NCBI GenBank assembly: GCA_039683575.1
Contig: JBDKRC010000027.1
Span: 27,698 to 91,697, forward strand
DNA length: 64,000 nucleotides
From: Armatimonadia bacterium
GTDB taxonomy: Bacteria > Armatimonadota > Zipacnadia > Zipacnadales > UBA11051
Reading direction: 5' to 3'
Shown one piece after another: positions 36,626 to 46,918 of the stretch. Numbering within the stretch: position 1 is the stretch's first letter; every line of letters starts with the position of its first letter. The notes below the pieces were generated by a model. The model worked only from the letters and a program-made list of their open reading frames with translations. It ran no database searches and was not told the DNA's origin. The translations under genes were made by a program, and so were the position numbers.

Positions 36626-37924
36626 ATGGAACATGGCAAGATCGTCCTCATCGGCGCAGGCAGCGCCTCATTCACAGTCGGGCTCGTGGCCGACCTGCTG
36701 ATCTCGGATATCGCGGATGAGTGGACCGTCGGGCTGGTGGACATTGACGAGCGGGCCCTGGGCGTGGCGCGGGGCCTCGTGGAGCGAATGGTGCAGGTCA
36801 AGCAGGCGCCTGTGACCGTCGAGGCGTCGCTGGACCGGACGGCAGTGCTGCCGGGCGCTGACATCGTGGTCACCACCATCGCAGTCGGCGGACGACCGGC
36901 ATGGGAAGCCGATGTGGTGGTGCCCCAGAAGCATGGTATCTACCAGCCTGTCGGCGACACGGTCTGCGCCGGGGGCATTTCGAGGGCGCTGCGGCAGATT
37001 CCACCCATGCTGGACATCGCGCGGGACGTGGCGCGCCTCTGCCCCACTGCGTACTTCTTCAACTATGGCAACCCGATGGCGGCGATCACGCGGGCGGTCA
37101 ACAAGGCCACCGACGCCACCCTGACCGGCCTCTGCCACGGCGTGCAGGGGACGCTGCGGCACCTGTGCAACTTCATCGGCGTGTCCTACAGCGAGATCAG
37201 CTCGCTGTACTTCGGCATGAACCACCTGACATGGATCACGCACTTCACGCGGCATGGCGAGGACCTCTGGCCGCTGGTGGATGCGAAGCTGGCAAGCGAG
37301 CCGCCGTCGGACAATCCCTTCTCATGGGAGCTATACCGCACCTACGGGGCCTTCCCCGCGGTGCTGGACCGGCATATCACCGAATTCTACTCGGAGCGAT
37401 TTGCCCGGGGCGGGTACTACGGCAAGCGACTGGGCGTGGACGAGTTTGACATCCTGGGCTGCATCCACGGCGGTGACGAGCGGTATGAGAAGATGGCCGC
37501 GCAGGCAGAGGGACGCGAGCCGCTCGAGGAGAGCCTGTTTCAGCGCACGCTCGGGGAGCACGAGGCGCTGATCCCGATCCTCGAGTCGATGTTCTCCGAC
37601 CGGCAGCGCATTTTCCCGATGAATGTGCCGAACCGAACGGTGGCGGGCGTGCCTGAGGGGTTTGTGCTGGAGATGCCGGTAGTGGCGGCGCGGGCGGGGT
37701 GTCTCCCGACGGCGCTCCCGCCGGTGCCGACGTCCTTGCTGGCGATCACGAATGAGGCGCTGTACGGGGTGGAACTCACGGTCGAGACAGCGCTGACGGG
37801 GGACCGCAAGGCCTTCGTCGAAGCGCTGCTGTATGACGGGTGCGTGCAGGAGCTAAGCGCGGCGGAGGCGCTGGCGGATGACCTACTGGCCGCACACAAG
37901 GCGCATTTGCCTCAGTTTGCCTAG
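36626..37924 (+). CDS. GH4 family NAD-dependent glycoside hydrolase
   Basis: KIVLIGAGSASF, NYGNP, GLCHG and GMNHLTW motifs. Confidence 0.92.
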   Translation: MEHGKIVLIGAGSASFTVGLVADLLISDIADEWTVGLVDIDERALGVARGLVERMVQVKQAPVTVEASLDRTAVLPGADIVVTTIAVGGRPAWEADVVVPQKHGIYQPVGDTVCAGGISRALRQIPPMLDIARDVARLCPTAYFFNYGNPMAAITRAVNKATDATLTGLCHGVQGTLRHLCNFIGVSYSEISSLYFGMNHLTWITHFTRHGEDLWPLVDAKLASEPPSDNPFSWELYRTYGAFPAVLDRHITEFYSERFARGGYYGKRLGVDEFDILGCIHGGDERYEKMAAQAEGREPLEESLFQRTLGEHEALIPILESMFSDRQRIFPMNVPNRTVAGVPEGFVLEMPVVAARAGCLPTALPPVPTSLLAITNEALYGVELTVETALTGDRKAFVEALLYDGCVQELSAAEALADDLLAAHKAHLPQFA

Positions 37925-37939
37925 GCATTGCAGCACGGC

Positions 37940-38004
37940 TGTCATGCTGAACGAAGTGAAGCATCCCCCGGCCGCGGGGATTCTTCGCTGCGCTCAGAAT
38001 GACA
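37940..38004. repeat. TGTCAT...ATGACA palindromic element
   Basis: tgtcatgctgaacgaagtgaagcatcc...ggattcttcgctgcgctcagaatgaca. Confidence 0.75.
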
Positions 38005-38026
38005 AAAGTGATTCGAAGAGACTTCC

Positions 38027-38081
38027 ACACATAAGCAAGAGGAGCGCCAGGATAGCCCTGGCGCTCTTCTTGTTTGTGTGT
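38027..38081. terminator. Bidirectional terminator-like hairpin
   Basis: acacataagcaagaggagcgccagg / cctggcgctcttcttgtttgtgtgt between convergent genes. Confidence 0.7.
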
Positions 38082-38092
38082 CGAGGAGTGGG

Positions 38093-40609
38093 CTAACGCA
38101 GCTTCGTGATCCACTGCACCATCTCTTCGCGAGTTTCGTCGGGGTCGGCGCTGGAGGGGTCAAGGGCGTCCAGCCACGCCTGGGCCTGCTTCGCAACCGC
38201 CGCGCGGGCGGGCTTGGCCTGTTTGATAGCCTTCTCGAGCGTCGTCACATACCGCACGTCGTCCACGGCCTCGCGGAACCCTTCCCAGGCGATGGTCGGG
38301 ATGACCCCGCTGACAGTCGGGTAGGTGAAGTTGTGGTCGCGGTAGGTTCGGTCGTCGAAGTCGTTCCAGACGTGATGAAAGGCATGCTGGTACGCGTAGT
38401 CCATCGCGCCGTCGAAGCCCGCCTTCCATAGCACGAGGCCGAAGTTGCGCCGGTAGACCGTCGGGTCCTCGACGCCGACCTGCGGGTTAGCATAGCAGAA
38501 GGCCTGCGAGCCGACCGAATGCCACTTCTTCGCTTCCTCGGGATCGGGCGGACCGGCGAGGACGGCAGTGTTCAGCAGGCTTCCCATCGCCTCGAACGTC
38601 CCCTTGTAACCCGCGACGAAGGTCTTGCCCCCGGCCTGCTGCACCGCCTTCCACGTCGCCTTCTGCGAGATCAGCGCCTCGCCTGTCGCCTCGTCGGTGC
38701 CGTAGAAGTACACGTCCGTGTAGCCGTAGGGCTTCAGGAACGTGATCCACTTCATGACTTCCTGTTGGGTCTGTGGCAACTGGGCCTCCGGACGAGGGCC
38801 TACGCCGTAACCGAGGTTGTAGAAGGGGCCGCCGGGCATTCCGGCTGCTTTGCGGAGGTCGAGAAGGCGTGGCAGGCGCTGCTCGTCCCAGCCGAGGTAG
38901 TTGGTTGGGTAGAGCACCCCGTGGGCCTTCAGGTCGTCCATCTCGGCCCGGTACTGCTGCTCTGACTTGCCCTCGGAGCCAATGGTGGGCTTGCCGTCGG
39001 CAGAGAGCACGCCACGGTAGTAGATCGAGTAGATCAGCCGCGAGGGCTGCAGTTCGAAGGGATTGACCGTGAGCTTCACAGGCAGGCTTGCCGTACCCGC
39101 GCTGGAGGTCAAAGTGAGGTTGCCCTCATAGACGCCGGCCGCGAGCTTCTCCGGCAGGTGGACTGTGACCCAGAATTCGCGGGTCTCACCGGCGGCAAGG
39201 TCCACGGGCTGCAGCTTCTCCGCGTCAATGGGGCGCACGTTGGCCAGATTGGCGCTGTCGGGGCCGCTGCAGAGCAGGTACTCTTCTTTGCCGTCTTCAC
39301 CGGTGCTACGCAGGTAGTTGTCCTGCTTCTCCAGGTCCACGCGGACCAGCTTGTCGTCTTTGAGCAGAAGCTCTGGGATCAGCCACTTCTGCGGCGTGAA
39401 GCCGATGTTGTTGCTGGCGCCCTGGAACCAGGACTTGAGCAGGCGAATGTCGATCGCGCTGGCCGGAATGGAGCCGCTCTTGCCCTTGAGCCCAGTGCAG
39501 GAAGCGCTCATGCCTCGCACGTCCTGCAGCGCGTATACCATCGCGGAGACCGACTCGTACTCCCCAGGGCAGGCGGAGATCGCCAGCGCCGTGTCGGCGG
39601 TAGTGGTCAGCATACTCTCGATGCCTCCGCGGCGCACGGCTGAGACGGCATGGCTGCGGGGATAGACCAGGAACTTGCGACCCGCCGCGCGGGCTGCTTT
39701 GACGATCGCGAGGTTGCGCGGCCCCTGCTCCAACACGGCCAGGTGTCCCTTGAGCTCGGTCACCTGCGCCGGTGAGGCGGCGTTGGACTTGGCAAACTGG
39801 CCCAGCAACTCCTGCGCGCGCTCGTGGCTCTTCTTGATGGAGGCGACAAGCGCGGGGGCATCGGCCACGAAGGCCTCAGCAGCGTTCACGTTTGGCGCGG
39901 CGGCCGCAAACTGCTGCTGCCACGCCTGGACCTGCTGCTTGAACTTCGCCTGCACGGCGTCGAAGGTCGCAGTCGCCTGCGCCAGGTACGCCTTCTCCTC
40001 GGGGACCTCGCCCTCAATCCGCACGTCGTCGAGATACACGACCACGTGCGCTCCGGGCGTGCCGCCGCTGAGGAAGATGGCCCAGCGGTCGAGCATCACG
40101 CCGACGCTCTTGCCGTCCGCTCCGGCAACATAGTGGCTGATCACGCCGGCAGCGGATTTCTCGCCGAATTCCACGAGGTCAGCCTGCGCCAGCTTCCATT
40201 CCCCGGTCGGCTTGTTGTAGCTCTCGAAGGTGCTGCAGCCGGATTGAGTCGTCGGCGGGAAGAAGACGTTGGCGCCAAAGCCGGCGTGTCCCTTAACTTC
40301 CTGGACCCACATACGCGCCGACATCTTCAGCTTGCCCGCCGCTGGTACGCGCACGGGCAGGCCGAAGTAGTAGTAGGGACTGTCACCATAGGTGACGTCG
40401 AGCTTGAGAGACTGCTTGCCTTCGAAGGCCTTCTCGTCAGTCGGGCCAAGGAAGTTGATGGTTGGCGCATTGCCGCGGCTGGCCCAAAGCGAGACTTTGG
40501 GAGCACCGGCTTCGAAGCCCTCATGGTAGCTGAAGGGCTGCAGCGGCAGATCCGCGGCAAAGGCACCGACCGCCAGGGTGATCAGCAGCAGACAGATTAA
40601 GGCACGCAT
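38093..40609 (-). CDS. Large secreted protein, DUF4091/GH123-like C-terminus
   Basis: Signal peptide; PGEYE, YGTDEA and WEGFREAVDDVRY motifs. Confidence 0.7.
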   Translation of the reverse strand: MRALICLLLITLAVGAFAADLPLQPFSYHEGFEAGAPKVSLWASRGNAPTINFLGPTDEKAFEGKQSLKLDVTYGDSPYYYFGLPVRVPAAGKLKMSARMWVQEVKGHAGFGANVFFPPTTQSGCSTFESYNKPTGEWKLAQADLVEFGEKSAAGVISHYVAGADGKSVGVMLDRWAIFLSGGTPGAHVVVYLDDVRIEGEVPEEKAYLAQATATFDAVQAKFKQQVQAWQQQFAAAAPNVNAAEAFVADAPALVASIKKSHERAQELLGQFAKSNAASPAQVTELKGHLAVLEQGPRNLAIVKAARAAGRKFLVYPRSHAVSAVRRGGIESMLTTTADTALAISACPGEYESVSAMVYALQDVRGMSASCTGLKGKSGSIPASAIDIRLLKSWFQGASNNIGFTPQKWLIPELLLKDDKLVRVDLEKQDNYLRSTGEDGKEEYLLCSGPDSANLANVRPIDAEKLQPVDLAAGETREFWVTVHLPEKLAAGVYEGNLTLTSSAGTASLPVKLTVNPFELQPSRLIYSIYYRGVLSADGKPTIGSEGKSEQQYRAEMDDLKAHGVLYPTNYLGWDEQRLPRLLDLRKAAGMPGGPFYNLGYGVGPRPEAQLPQTQQEVMKWITFLKPYGYTDVYFYGTDEATGEALISQKATWKAVQQAGGKTFVAGYKGTFEAMGSLLNTAVLAGPPDPEEAKKWHSVGSQAFCYANPQVGVEDPTVYRRNFGLVLWKAGFDGAMDYAYQHAFHHVWNDFDDRTYRDHNFTYPTVSGVIPTIAWEGFREAVDDVRYVTTLEKAIKQAKPARAAVAKQAQAWLDALDPSSADPDETREEMVQWITKLR

Positions 40610-40628
40610 GGGTGATCCTTTCCGATAG

Positions 40629-42419
40629 CTACCTCAGAATCCACGTTCCGAAGTTCTCGCTCTCCATGAAGCCACGGACGGTCTGCGACCAGCAGGACTG
40701 CTCTTTCCCGGGAATCCGCTGGCGGCAGAGGTTGGCGCGCAGCTTCAAGCCGGGCTGGGGGCCGATCTTCAGGTCTTTCCAGGGAATGGCCATCTCCGCG
40801 ACCCACTCTTTGTCACCGATGCGGGTGGCGCTGCGCCAGTTGGGGTTGAAGTCCATGTTGTTGTCGGTGTCGAAGACCGCATCCCACTGGACGTTTTTGG
40901 GGTTCAGGATGAAGTGATAGTACGGCAGACCGTCTGCCGCAGCGCTGAGGAAGATATCGAAGGTGTCGCCATTCCATACCGCGTCATCATGGTTCGCGCC
41001 CACAATCGCCAGCTTGTCTGGTGTTGGTTCCTGGGCACTGATCGCGATATAGAGGTTGATCGCGTCGTAGGTTACCAGCGCGCGGGTTTTGGCTTTGATG
41101 TCACCTTCGGTGGCACCGAAGTAGCCGACGAAGTTCGGCAGCGGGGCAGCGGATTTCCATGCTTCGTCATCGAGAACGCCATCGATCTTCGGCGGCATGG
41201 CTTTGAGAATGGGGAGGTCGGCCGTGCGGCGGATCAGCTTGTCGCGGATCTCGGCCTGCTTGCGGGCTTCGATCTCCTTCATGCGGTCGCGCAGGTCGTA
41301 GCCGAGGCTCTGGCCAGCCGCGATCTTGGCCCGCGCGCTAACAATGGCCTCTTCCATGCCTGCCGGGATGTCCTTGTTCTTCCACCAGTCCATCTTCTCG
41401 CTGTAGAGCCACACGAACTCGTCAGTGGTCTTCAGCGCCCAATAGACGTTGTGCTCAAACCACTTGGCGCGCTCGTCGTCCTTCATCCACAGCGCCGGGA
41501 TGCCCTTCCAGGGCACGCGGGCGAAGACGTAATCCATGTACAGGGCCTGCGAGACCTGCGCCTGCGTCTGGTGCTTCACCACGTCTTCTTGCGGGATGAG
41601 GTTTAGCGCGCGCTGGCGCATCATGTGGAAGGCGTCGAGGAACTTCTCGGAGTTCTCGTAGTAGTACGACGGCTCGTTGCCGTCGGTGATGCTCATACGG
41701 GAGCCGATTTCGTCCAGCATGCCATTTAGGAACGAGTGGTACAGGCCATAGCCGTGCTGTGCCAGAGCCTGATCACGCTTCGCCGGGTCCTGGATAGCCA
41801 TCTCGCCGGGGAAGATGCTGTAGGTGAAGAAGGTCAGCAACACGTTGTCGGGCAGGTGGCGGCCAATCACCTTGATGAACTGCTGGCCACGCTGCCGGGC
41901 TTTGGCCTGGTACTCGGCGAAGGTCTTGTCCTTGGCATGCTTCTGCCCTGCGTAGGACCACGGATTCGTGCCATAGGGCTCCGCATCGAAGGCGAGGTAG
42001 CAGCCACCGGCCTTCGCAGCGCGGGCCATGAGGTCCACATTGCTCAGGACAGCCTGCCAGTCGGCGTCACTGAACCAGTCCTGCTGTGAGGCCGAGTACA
42101 TCATGATGAAGTTGTGCTTGAACTTGCCCCACTTGATCGCGCGCAGGGCAGCGAAATCTTCCTGGTAGTCAGCGACATCCCACTTGCCGCCACTGAAGAT
42201 ATTGCCGCGTCCCTTGCCATTCAGGCGCAGAATCAAGCCATCAAAGGGACGCTTCTCCATCTCGCGGATGTTGTCCCGCACGAAGGCGGGCGTCGGTACG
42301 TCCCAGCCGTACTCAATGAGTTTCTTCGTTGCCGGCAACCGCCCTGGTTGGGCGATGGCGAGACTCGCCAGCACCAGCATCGCCACAGCAATCCACACTA
42401 CCTTGCGCATCTGCATCAT
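40629..42419 (-). CDS. Secreted protein with C-terminal CBM9-like sugar-binding domain
   Basis: Signal peptide; PKIDGVLDDEAW, YD..NLY and W.AE.AIPW motifs. Confidence 0.75.
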   Translation of the reverse strand: MMQMRKVVWIAVAMLVLASLAIAQPGRLPATKKLIEYGWDVPTPAFVRDNIREMEKRPFDGLILRLNGKGRGNIFSGGKWDVADYQEDFAALRAIKWGKFKHNFIMMYSASQQDWFSDADWQAVLSNVDLMARAAKAGGCYLAFDAEPYGTNPWSYAGQKHAKDKTFAEYQAKARQRGQQFIKVIGRHLPDNVLLTFFTYSIFPGEMAIQDPAKRDQALAQHGYGLYHSFLNGMLDEIGSRMSITDGNEPSYYYENSEKFLDAFHMMRQRALNLIPQEDVVKHQTQAQVSQALYMDYVFARVPWKGIPALWMKDDERAKWFEHNVYWALKTTDEFVWLYSEKMDWWKNKDIPAGMEEAIVSARAKIAAGQSLGYDLRDRMKEIEARKQAEIRDKLIRRTADLPILKAMPPKIDGVLDDEAWKSAAPLPNFVGYFGATEGDIKAKTRALVTYDAINLYIAISAQEPTPDKLAIVGANHDDAVWNGDTFDIFLSAAADGLPYYHFILNPKNVQWDAVFDTDNNMDFNPNWRSATRIGDKEWVAEMAIPWKDLKIGPQPGLKLRANLCRQRIPGKEQSCWSQTVRGFMESENFGTWILR

Positions 42420-42441
42420 CCTTTACCCTTTCGCGTGTTCG

Positions 42442-44997
42442 CTAGTTCTCGAAGTACGGCTTGAGCATGACGTAGTTGAGCGCGGTCTGCGTCCCCGGCG
42501 CGGCCTCGGCGTCGGTGAAGGTCACCGTGAACGAAGGCGCGGTGGCGCGGAAGCGAATGTGGTGCAGGTTGATCCGCACCTTGCCATCGTCCGCCTTCTT
42601 GCCGGTGGTGCGCTCGTCAACGTAGACATAGGACTTCTCCGGGATGACCTCCGCGCCGGCGCCGAGGGTCGCGCTCAGTTTATGCTGCTTGGGAGCGACC
42701 TTCTTCGCGACCATGTCCTTATAGTCGGCGGTGATGAACTGGAGCGTGTAGACCTTGCCGGGCGTCAGGCCCGTAGCGGTCTGGCTGAGCGTGTTCGGAC
42801 GCGCCTGGCCGCGGGTGAAGACGGCGAAGGTGTCGCCCGTCCCCCCGGAGGCGCCCCAGCGCGCCTGGCTGCCGCTCCCGTACCCGGCGAAGCTCTCGAC
42901 CTTGAGGCCGTCCGCGGGGTCCGCGGTCCAGCCCTTGAGCCCGTCAACGAAGTCGCAGTTGCTCAGGTGCCCCGGCGAGTAGCGATACCCGGAGGCCTTG
43001 GAGAGCATCTCCGTCTTGCCCTCGACACAGTAGTGCCGCAGCAGCGCAAACGACCAGCGGTACAGCTCCTCGTCGTCGTAGTAGCTGCCCCAGTACCCGG
43101 TCATGGCCATGTTCTTGAAGGCGGGATTGTTGGCGAGCAGATTGAGCTGCATGTCGAGGTAGTACTTGTAGTCCACCTCCGGATTGCCATCCAGAGAGAT
43201 GATAGGGATCTGGTTGAAGTTGCCGAGTATCATGCCCGTGCCCGAGCCGGCGTTCGGGAGATACTCGTTGAACTGCTTCATCGTGTCCACGAGGCGGTCG
43301 TTGAGGTAGTTGACCGCATCCTCTTCACTCGGGCGGCTGTGGCAGTAGGCCTCGACGAGCAGCCGTCCCTTGCCCCGCGACGCGTTCAGCGACGCGCTCA
43401 TGAAGTCGCTGTGCGTGCCAGGCAGCCCCGGCTTGCCGACGATCCACGTGTAGACCAGCCGGTTCTCAGGGTTTGGCAGAAGCCGCATCGCCTCGGCGTA
43501 GTACGACAGAGCGGGGCTGTAGAAGAACTGCTCGTCGGCGGTGAACCCGTCATACCAGGGCTCGGTCATGCCCGGGCTCTTCGACATGCGCTCGACGAGG
43601 TCAGCGGCATCCTTGGGGCTGGTTGTGCCGACGTTCGCCAGCCACTTCAGCCCCCACTGGCGCACCTCCGCGCGGTGTTCCTCCGGCACGTTCCCGCCGT
43701 TGAGGGTGGTCACCGCCGGGAAGATGTGCTTGACGTGGAAATCCCAGTCATATTTCCCGTTCTGCGGGACCTGGCTGTTGGCGCAGGCCGGATAGTTGAA
43801 GATCTCGGCGATGGACCGCACCACGATCCGCCCGCCCGAGGGGGCGCCGCTGACCGCGATCCGATGCGTGCCCGCAGGCAACTCCCGGAACGCTTCGTGG
43901 CGGTCGGTAGCGGCGGTGATAGCGGTGTCATCGGTCCCGAGGATGACCTTCACCCCCGGCTCCTCGGCCTTTGTCTCAACCTTGACAAACACCCAGCCGT
44001 CGCGGACGGTGCTGAACTCGAAGCGCTGCGGCGCGGCGGTGGCCTTTAGGGGCTGCGCCAGCACCTCGGTCACGAGATTGTTCAGACGCCGGTGCGCGGA
44101 GGTATCCACCTTCGGAATCGCGACAAGCGTGATGACGTGCGAGATGCTGAACAGCTTCTCCTGTGAGGCGCGTTGAACGAGGGCGACGTCGAGCTTGTGG
44201 TCGCCCTTGCCAACCCCGGTCAGGTCCACGGTGTTGCGTTCGCGCGTCAGGGGGTATTTGCGGACAGTCTTGCCGTCGATGGCGTAGACGCAGTCGTAAT
44301 CGCCGACGGGGCGCTCCGTCGCGCCGAAGAAGGCGAAGGTCAGCTTGGGGTTGGTCAGCGGGATCTTATTGAGCAGCGGCTCCCACGCGACGAGCCGGGG
44401 GCGGGTCTGCTCGACGAGGGCCCGCGAAGGGGAACTCCCGGCCAGCGCACCCGCGCTGATGGCCTCCAGCTTGACCTGGGCGAACTGGACCTCGCCGACG
44501 TAGTTGACGACGAAGATGGCCGCGCCATAGACGTCGTCCTTGCTCTCCGGCATTTCAAATGTCTGCTCAAGGAGCTGCCAGCCGTCGGTGGTCTCCGGCA
44601 GCGACTTGAGGCCGCCCTCTTTGAACCAGCCGTTGTTGTGGACGATGACGCCGCAATGAGGGCTCTTGAAGCCTTTGGTCTTGACGTAGGCGCTCATCTT
44701 GTACGTCTCGCCGGCGACGAGCCGCAGGTCGTGCTGGCGGCAACTCGCGTTAAGCCCCTTGAGCCCCTCCGGGTTGCCGAACACCACCGCCCCGGTGTTG
44801 CCCGGCCCGCCGGTCGGGTTGAAGCTGACGTTCGTCCCGGCCTTCTCCCAGAACATCGGGAAGGTGAGTTGCTCCGCCTCGAACGCGCCATTGATCAGGA
44901 GATTCTCACCGGGCTTCACCGCAGCAGCAGCAAGGCTCGCCACAGCGACGACGCTCACCGCAACAAGCAGGATCCCAAGGATGAGTCGCTTCAACAT
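42442..44997 (-). CDS. Large secreted hypothetical protein with carbohydrate-binding-like domains
   Basis: Signal peptide; NLLINGAFE CBM4/9-like start. Confidence 0.7.
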   Translation of the reverse strand: MLKRLILGILLVAVSVVAVASLAAAAVKPGENLLINGAFEAEQLTFPMFWEKAGTNVSFNPTGGPGNTGAVVFGNPEGLKGLNASCRQHDLRLVAGETYKMSAYVKTKGFKSPHCGVIVHNNGWFKEGGLKSLPETTDGWQLLEQTFEMPESKDDVYGAAIFVVNYVGEVQFAQVKLEAISAGALAGSSPSRALVEQTRPRLVAWEPLLNKIPLTNPKLTFAFFGATERPVGDYDCVYAIDGKTVRKYPLTRERNTVDLTGVGKGDHKLDVALVQRASQEKLFSISHVITLVAIPKVDTSAHRRLNNLVTEVLAQPLKATAAPQRFEFSTVRDGWVFVKVETKAEEPGVKVILGTDDTAITAATDRHEAFRELPAGTHRIAVSGAPSGGRIVVRSIAEIFNYPACANSQVPQNGKYDWDFHVKHIFPAVTTLNGGNVPEEHRAEVRQWGLKWLANVGTTSPKDAADLVERMSKSPGMTEPWYDGFTADEQFFYSPALSYYAEAMRLLPNPENRLVYTWIVGKPGLPGTHSDFMSASLNASRGKGRLLVEAYCHSRPSEEDAVNYLNDRLVDTMKQFNEYLPNAGSGTGMILGNFNQIPIISLDGNPEVDYKYYLDMQLNLLANNPAFKNMAMTGYWGSYYDDEELYRWSFALLRHYCVEGKTEMLSKASGYRYSPGHLSNCDFVDGLKGWTADPADGLKVESFAGYGSGSQARWGASGGTGDTFAVFTRGQARPNTLSQTATGLTPGKVYTLQFITADYKDMVAKKVAPKQHKLSATLGAGAEVIPEKSYVYVDERTTGKKADDGKVRINLHHIRFRATAPSFTVTFTDAEAAPGTQTALNYVMLKPYFEN

Positions 44998-45039
44998 GTT
45001 CCTTCTCCTTCTGTGCGACAGATGAGTTGTGACACCCGG

Positions 45040-45978
45040 CTATACGCCGAGTTCGCGTCGCTCTTCAGTCGTCAACTGCCCGAGGGCCTGCCCCGCCACA
45101 TCCACGCCGGTCAGTTCTCGCCAGCCTTCCAGAATCCTCCGTGTCACCGGCCCCACTTTCCCCTCCCCCACCGGCAGCCCGTTGAACTTCGTCGCGGGCA
45201 TGACGCAGTAGGGCGTGCTGGTGAAGAAAGCCTCCTCCGCCGTATAGACGTCATATGGCTGCAAATCGCACTCTTCGGTGGGGATACCCTTTGCGGCGGC
45301 AATCTCCAGGCACGTTTCGCGCGTGATGCCTGCCAGCGCCTGGTTGGTGCGCGGCGTCTTCAGCACCCCGTCGCTGACCAGGAAGAAGTTGCCACCCTTG
45401 TTCTCGGCCAGATAGCCATTCACATCAAGCAGAATCCCCTGCCCCATCGGGTCCACGAGCTTGACTTCAAGCTCTGCGAGGGTATAGGCCATGCGGCTGC
45501 GGTTCTTGACCTTGGGGTCGAGCGCCTGAGCGGACATCATCCGGCTGGGCGGCGTGACGGCATGGCAGCCCCTGACGTAGAAGGGCGCCCAGTACCGCAG
45601 GTCCATCGGCGCGGTGTGGATTATGATGGTCGGCTTACGTTTGGTGGATTGGTCGCCGGTGGGAGGGTAGGCGCCGCGAGAGAGGTTGTGGACGATCCAG
45701 AGGTCCATGTCGTCGGCATACGCCGGAAGATTGCGCTCCATGACCTCCAGGCTCAGTGCCTCCATCTCGTCCATGCTCATCCCGGCGTCGAAGCGGGAGA
45801 TCTTCAGGGACTTGTAGAGCCGCTCGACGTGCTCGCGGAGCTTGAAAGGCTTGTGGGCGAAGGTGCGGGTTGACTCGGTGACGCAGTCGCCCAGCATGAC
45901 GGCTGAATCGAAGATCGATATCTTCGCGTCAGCTTCCGGGTAGTACTCGCCGCTGATGTAGACCAGTCGTTCCGCCAT
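45040..45978 (-). CDS. Aminotransferase class IV (IlvE-like)
   Basis: ISIFD, EHVERL..S, AL.GITR and EAFFTST motifs. Confidence 0.88.
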   Translation of the reverse strand: MAERLVYISGEYYPEADAKISIFDSAVMLGDCVTESTRTFAHKPFKLREHVERLYKSLKISRFDAGMSMDEMEALSLEVMERNLPAYADDMDLWIVHNLSRGAYPPTGDQSTKRKPTIIIHTAPMDLRYWAPFYVRGCHAVTPPSRMMSAQALDPKVKNRSRMAYTLAELEVKLVDPMGQGILLDVNGYLAENKGGNFFLVSDGVLKTPRTNQALAGITRETCLEIAAAKGIPTEECDLQPYDVYTAEEAFFTSTPYCVMPATKFNGLPVGEGKVGPVTRRILEGWRELTGVDVAGQALGQLTTEERRELGV

Positions 45979-46005
45979 GTGTCCCTCCCTGCCGATCCTA
46001 TAGTT

Positions 46006-46278
46006 CTACAGCTTTCTTGCCAGGATCCAGTCGCGCCGGGCACCACTCCGGTCGAGATAGATGACATACGTCTCGCCATCGTCCGCCTTCACCCGGTAGT
46101 AGTTGCGATGGCGGCGGTTATACCACGTCCGCGTCTTCTCCCCCGCGCCAAAGCCTGCGTCCACCCACGCTTCCAGTATCTCGCTGACCTCGTAACGTTG
46201 GCCGCGCCAGGTGAAGGCCACCGGCTCGCGCACCCCGCCCGCCGGAGCCTCCGCCTCCACCTTGATCCGCTCGTTCAC
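46006..46278 (-). CDS. DUF6504-like small protein
   Basis: P.AF.WRG..Y.V..I...W and YYRV motifs; GTG start at 46278 inferred. Confidence 0.7.
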   Translation of the reverse strand: MNERIKVEAEAPAGGVREPVAFTWRGQRYEVSEILEAWVDAGFGAGEKTRTWYNRRHRNYYRVKADDGETYVIYLDRSGARRDWILARKL

Positions 46279-46414
46279 AAGCTCCGTCGCCCTCACCCTC
46301 TTCGTGTCCCGTTTGAAGCTATTCCACACCAGACCGCAAAACTCTTCTATCCCGAGACGATTTTTGTCTATACAGAGGTTGCCGCTTCCCCTTGCGGAAT
46401 TACTTGGCTCCACC

Positions 46415-46891
46415 ATGGCCACACCCACCATCCGCAACTCCATCAAGGCGATCATCATCCGCGACGGCAGCGTCCTGTTCACCACCAACCAGGACCATCT
46501 AGGCGAGTTCCTGCTGCTGCCGGGCGGCGGCCAGCACCACGGCGAGAGCATGGTGGAGACCCTCCAGCGCGAATGCGACGAGGAGTTGGGCTGCCGCATC
46601 ATAGTCCACGACCTCCTCGGGGTGCGGGACTACATCGGCGCCCATCATGAGTGGGCCAGCGCAGAAAACCAGATTCACCGGGTCGAGATGATGTTTCGTT
46701 GCGACCTCGCCCCCGGATCAGAGCCCACTTTCGGCGACAGCCCCGACCATGCCGGCGACTGGATGCAGACCGGCACCGCCTGGGTCCCGCTAATCGAACT
46801 GCCCAACCACCGCATTTACCCCTCGGTACTGCGCGAATGGCTTTTGACGCTGCCAGAGCCCGTGCGCCGGTATCTCGGAGATGTGAACTGA
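46415..46891 (+). CDS. NUDIX hydrolase
   Basis: PGGGQHHGESMVETLQRECDEELG Nudix box. Confidence 0.9.
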   Translation: MATPTIRNSIKAIIIRDGSVLFTTNQDHLGEFLLLPGGGQHHGESMVETLQRECDEELGCRIIVHDLLGVRDYIGAHHEWASAENQIHRVEMMFRCDLAPGSEPTFGDSPDHAGDWMQTGTAWVPLIELPNHRIYPSVLREWLLTLPEPVRRYLGDVN

Positions 46892-46918
46892 CTCGGCCAT
46901 GCCACTAGGAGCCCTGAT

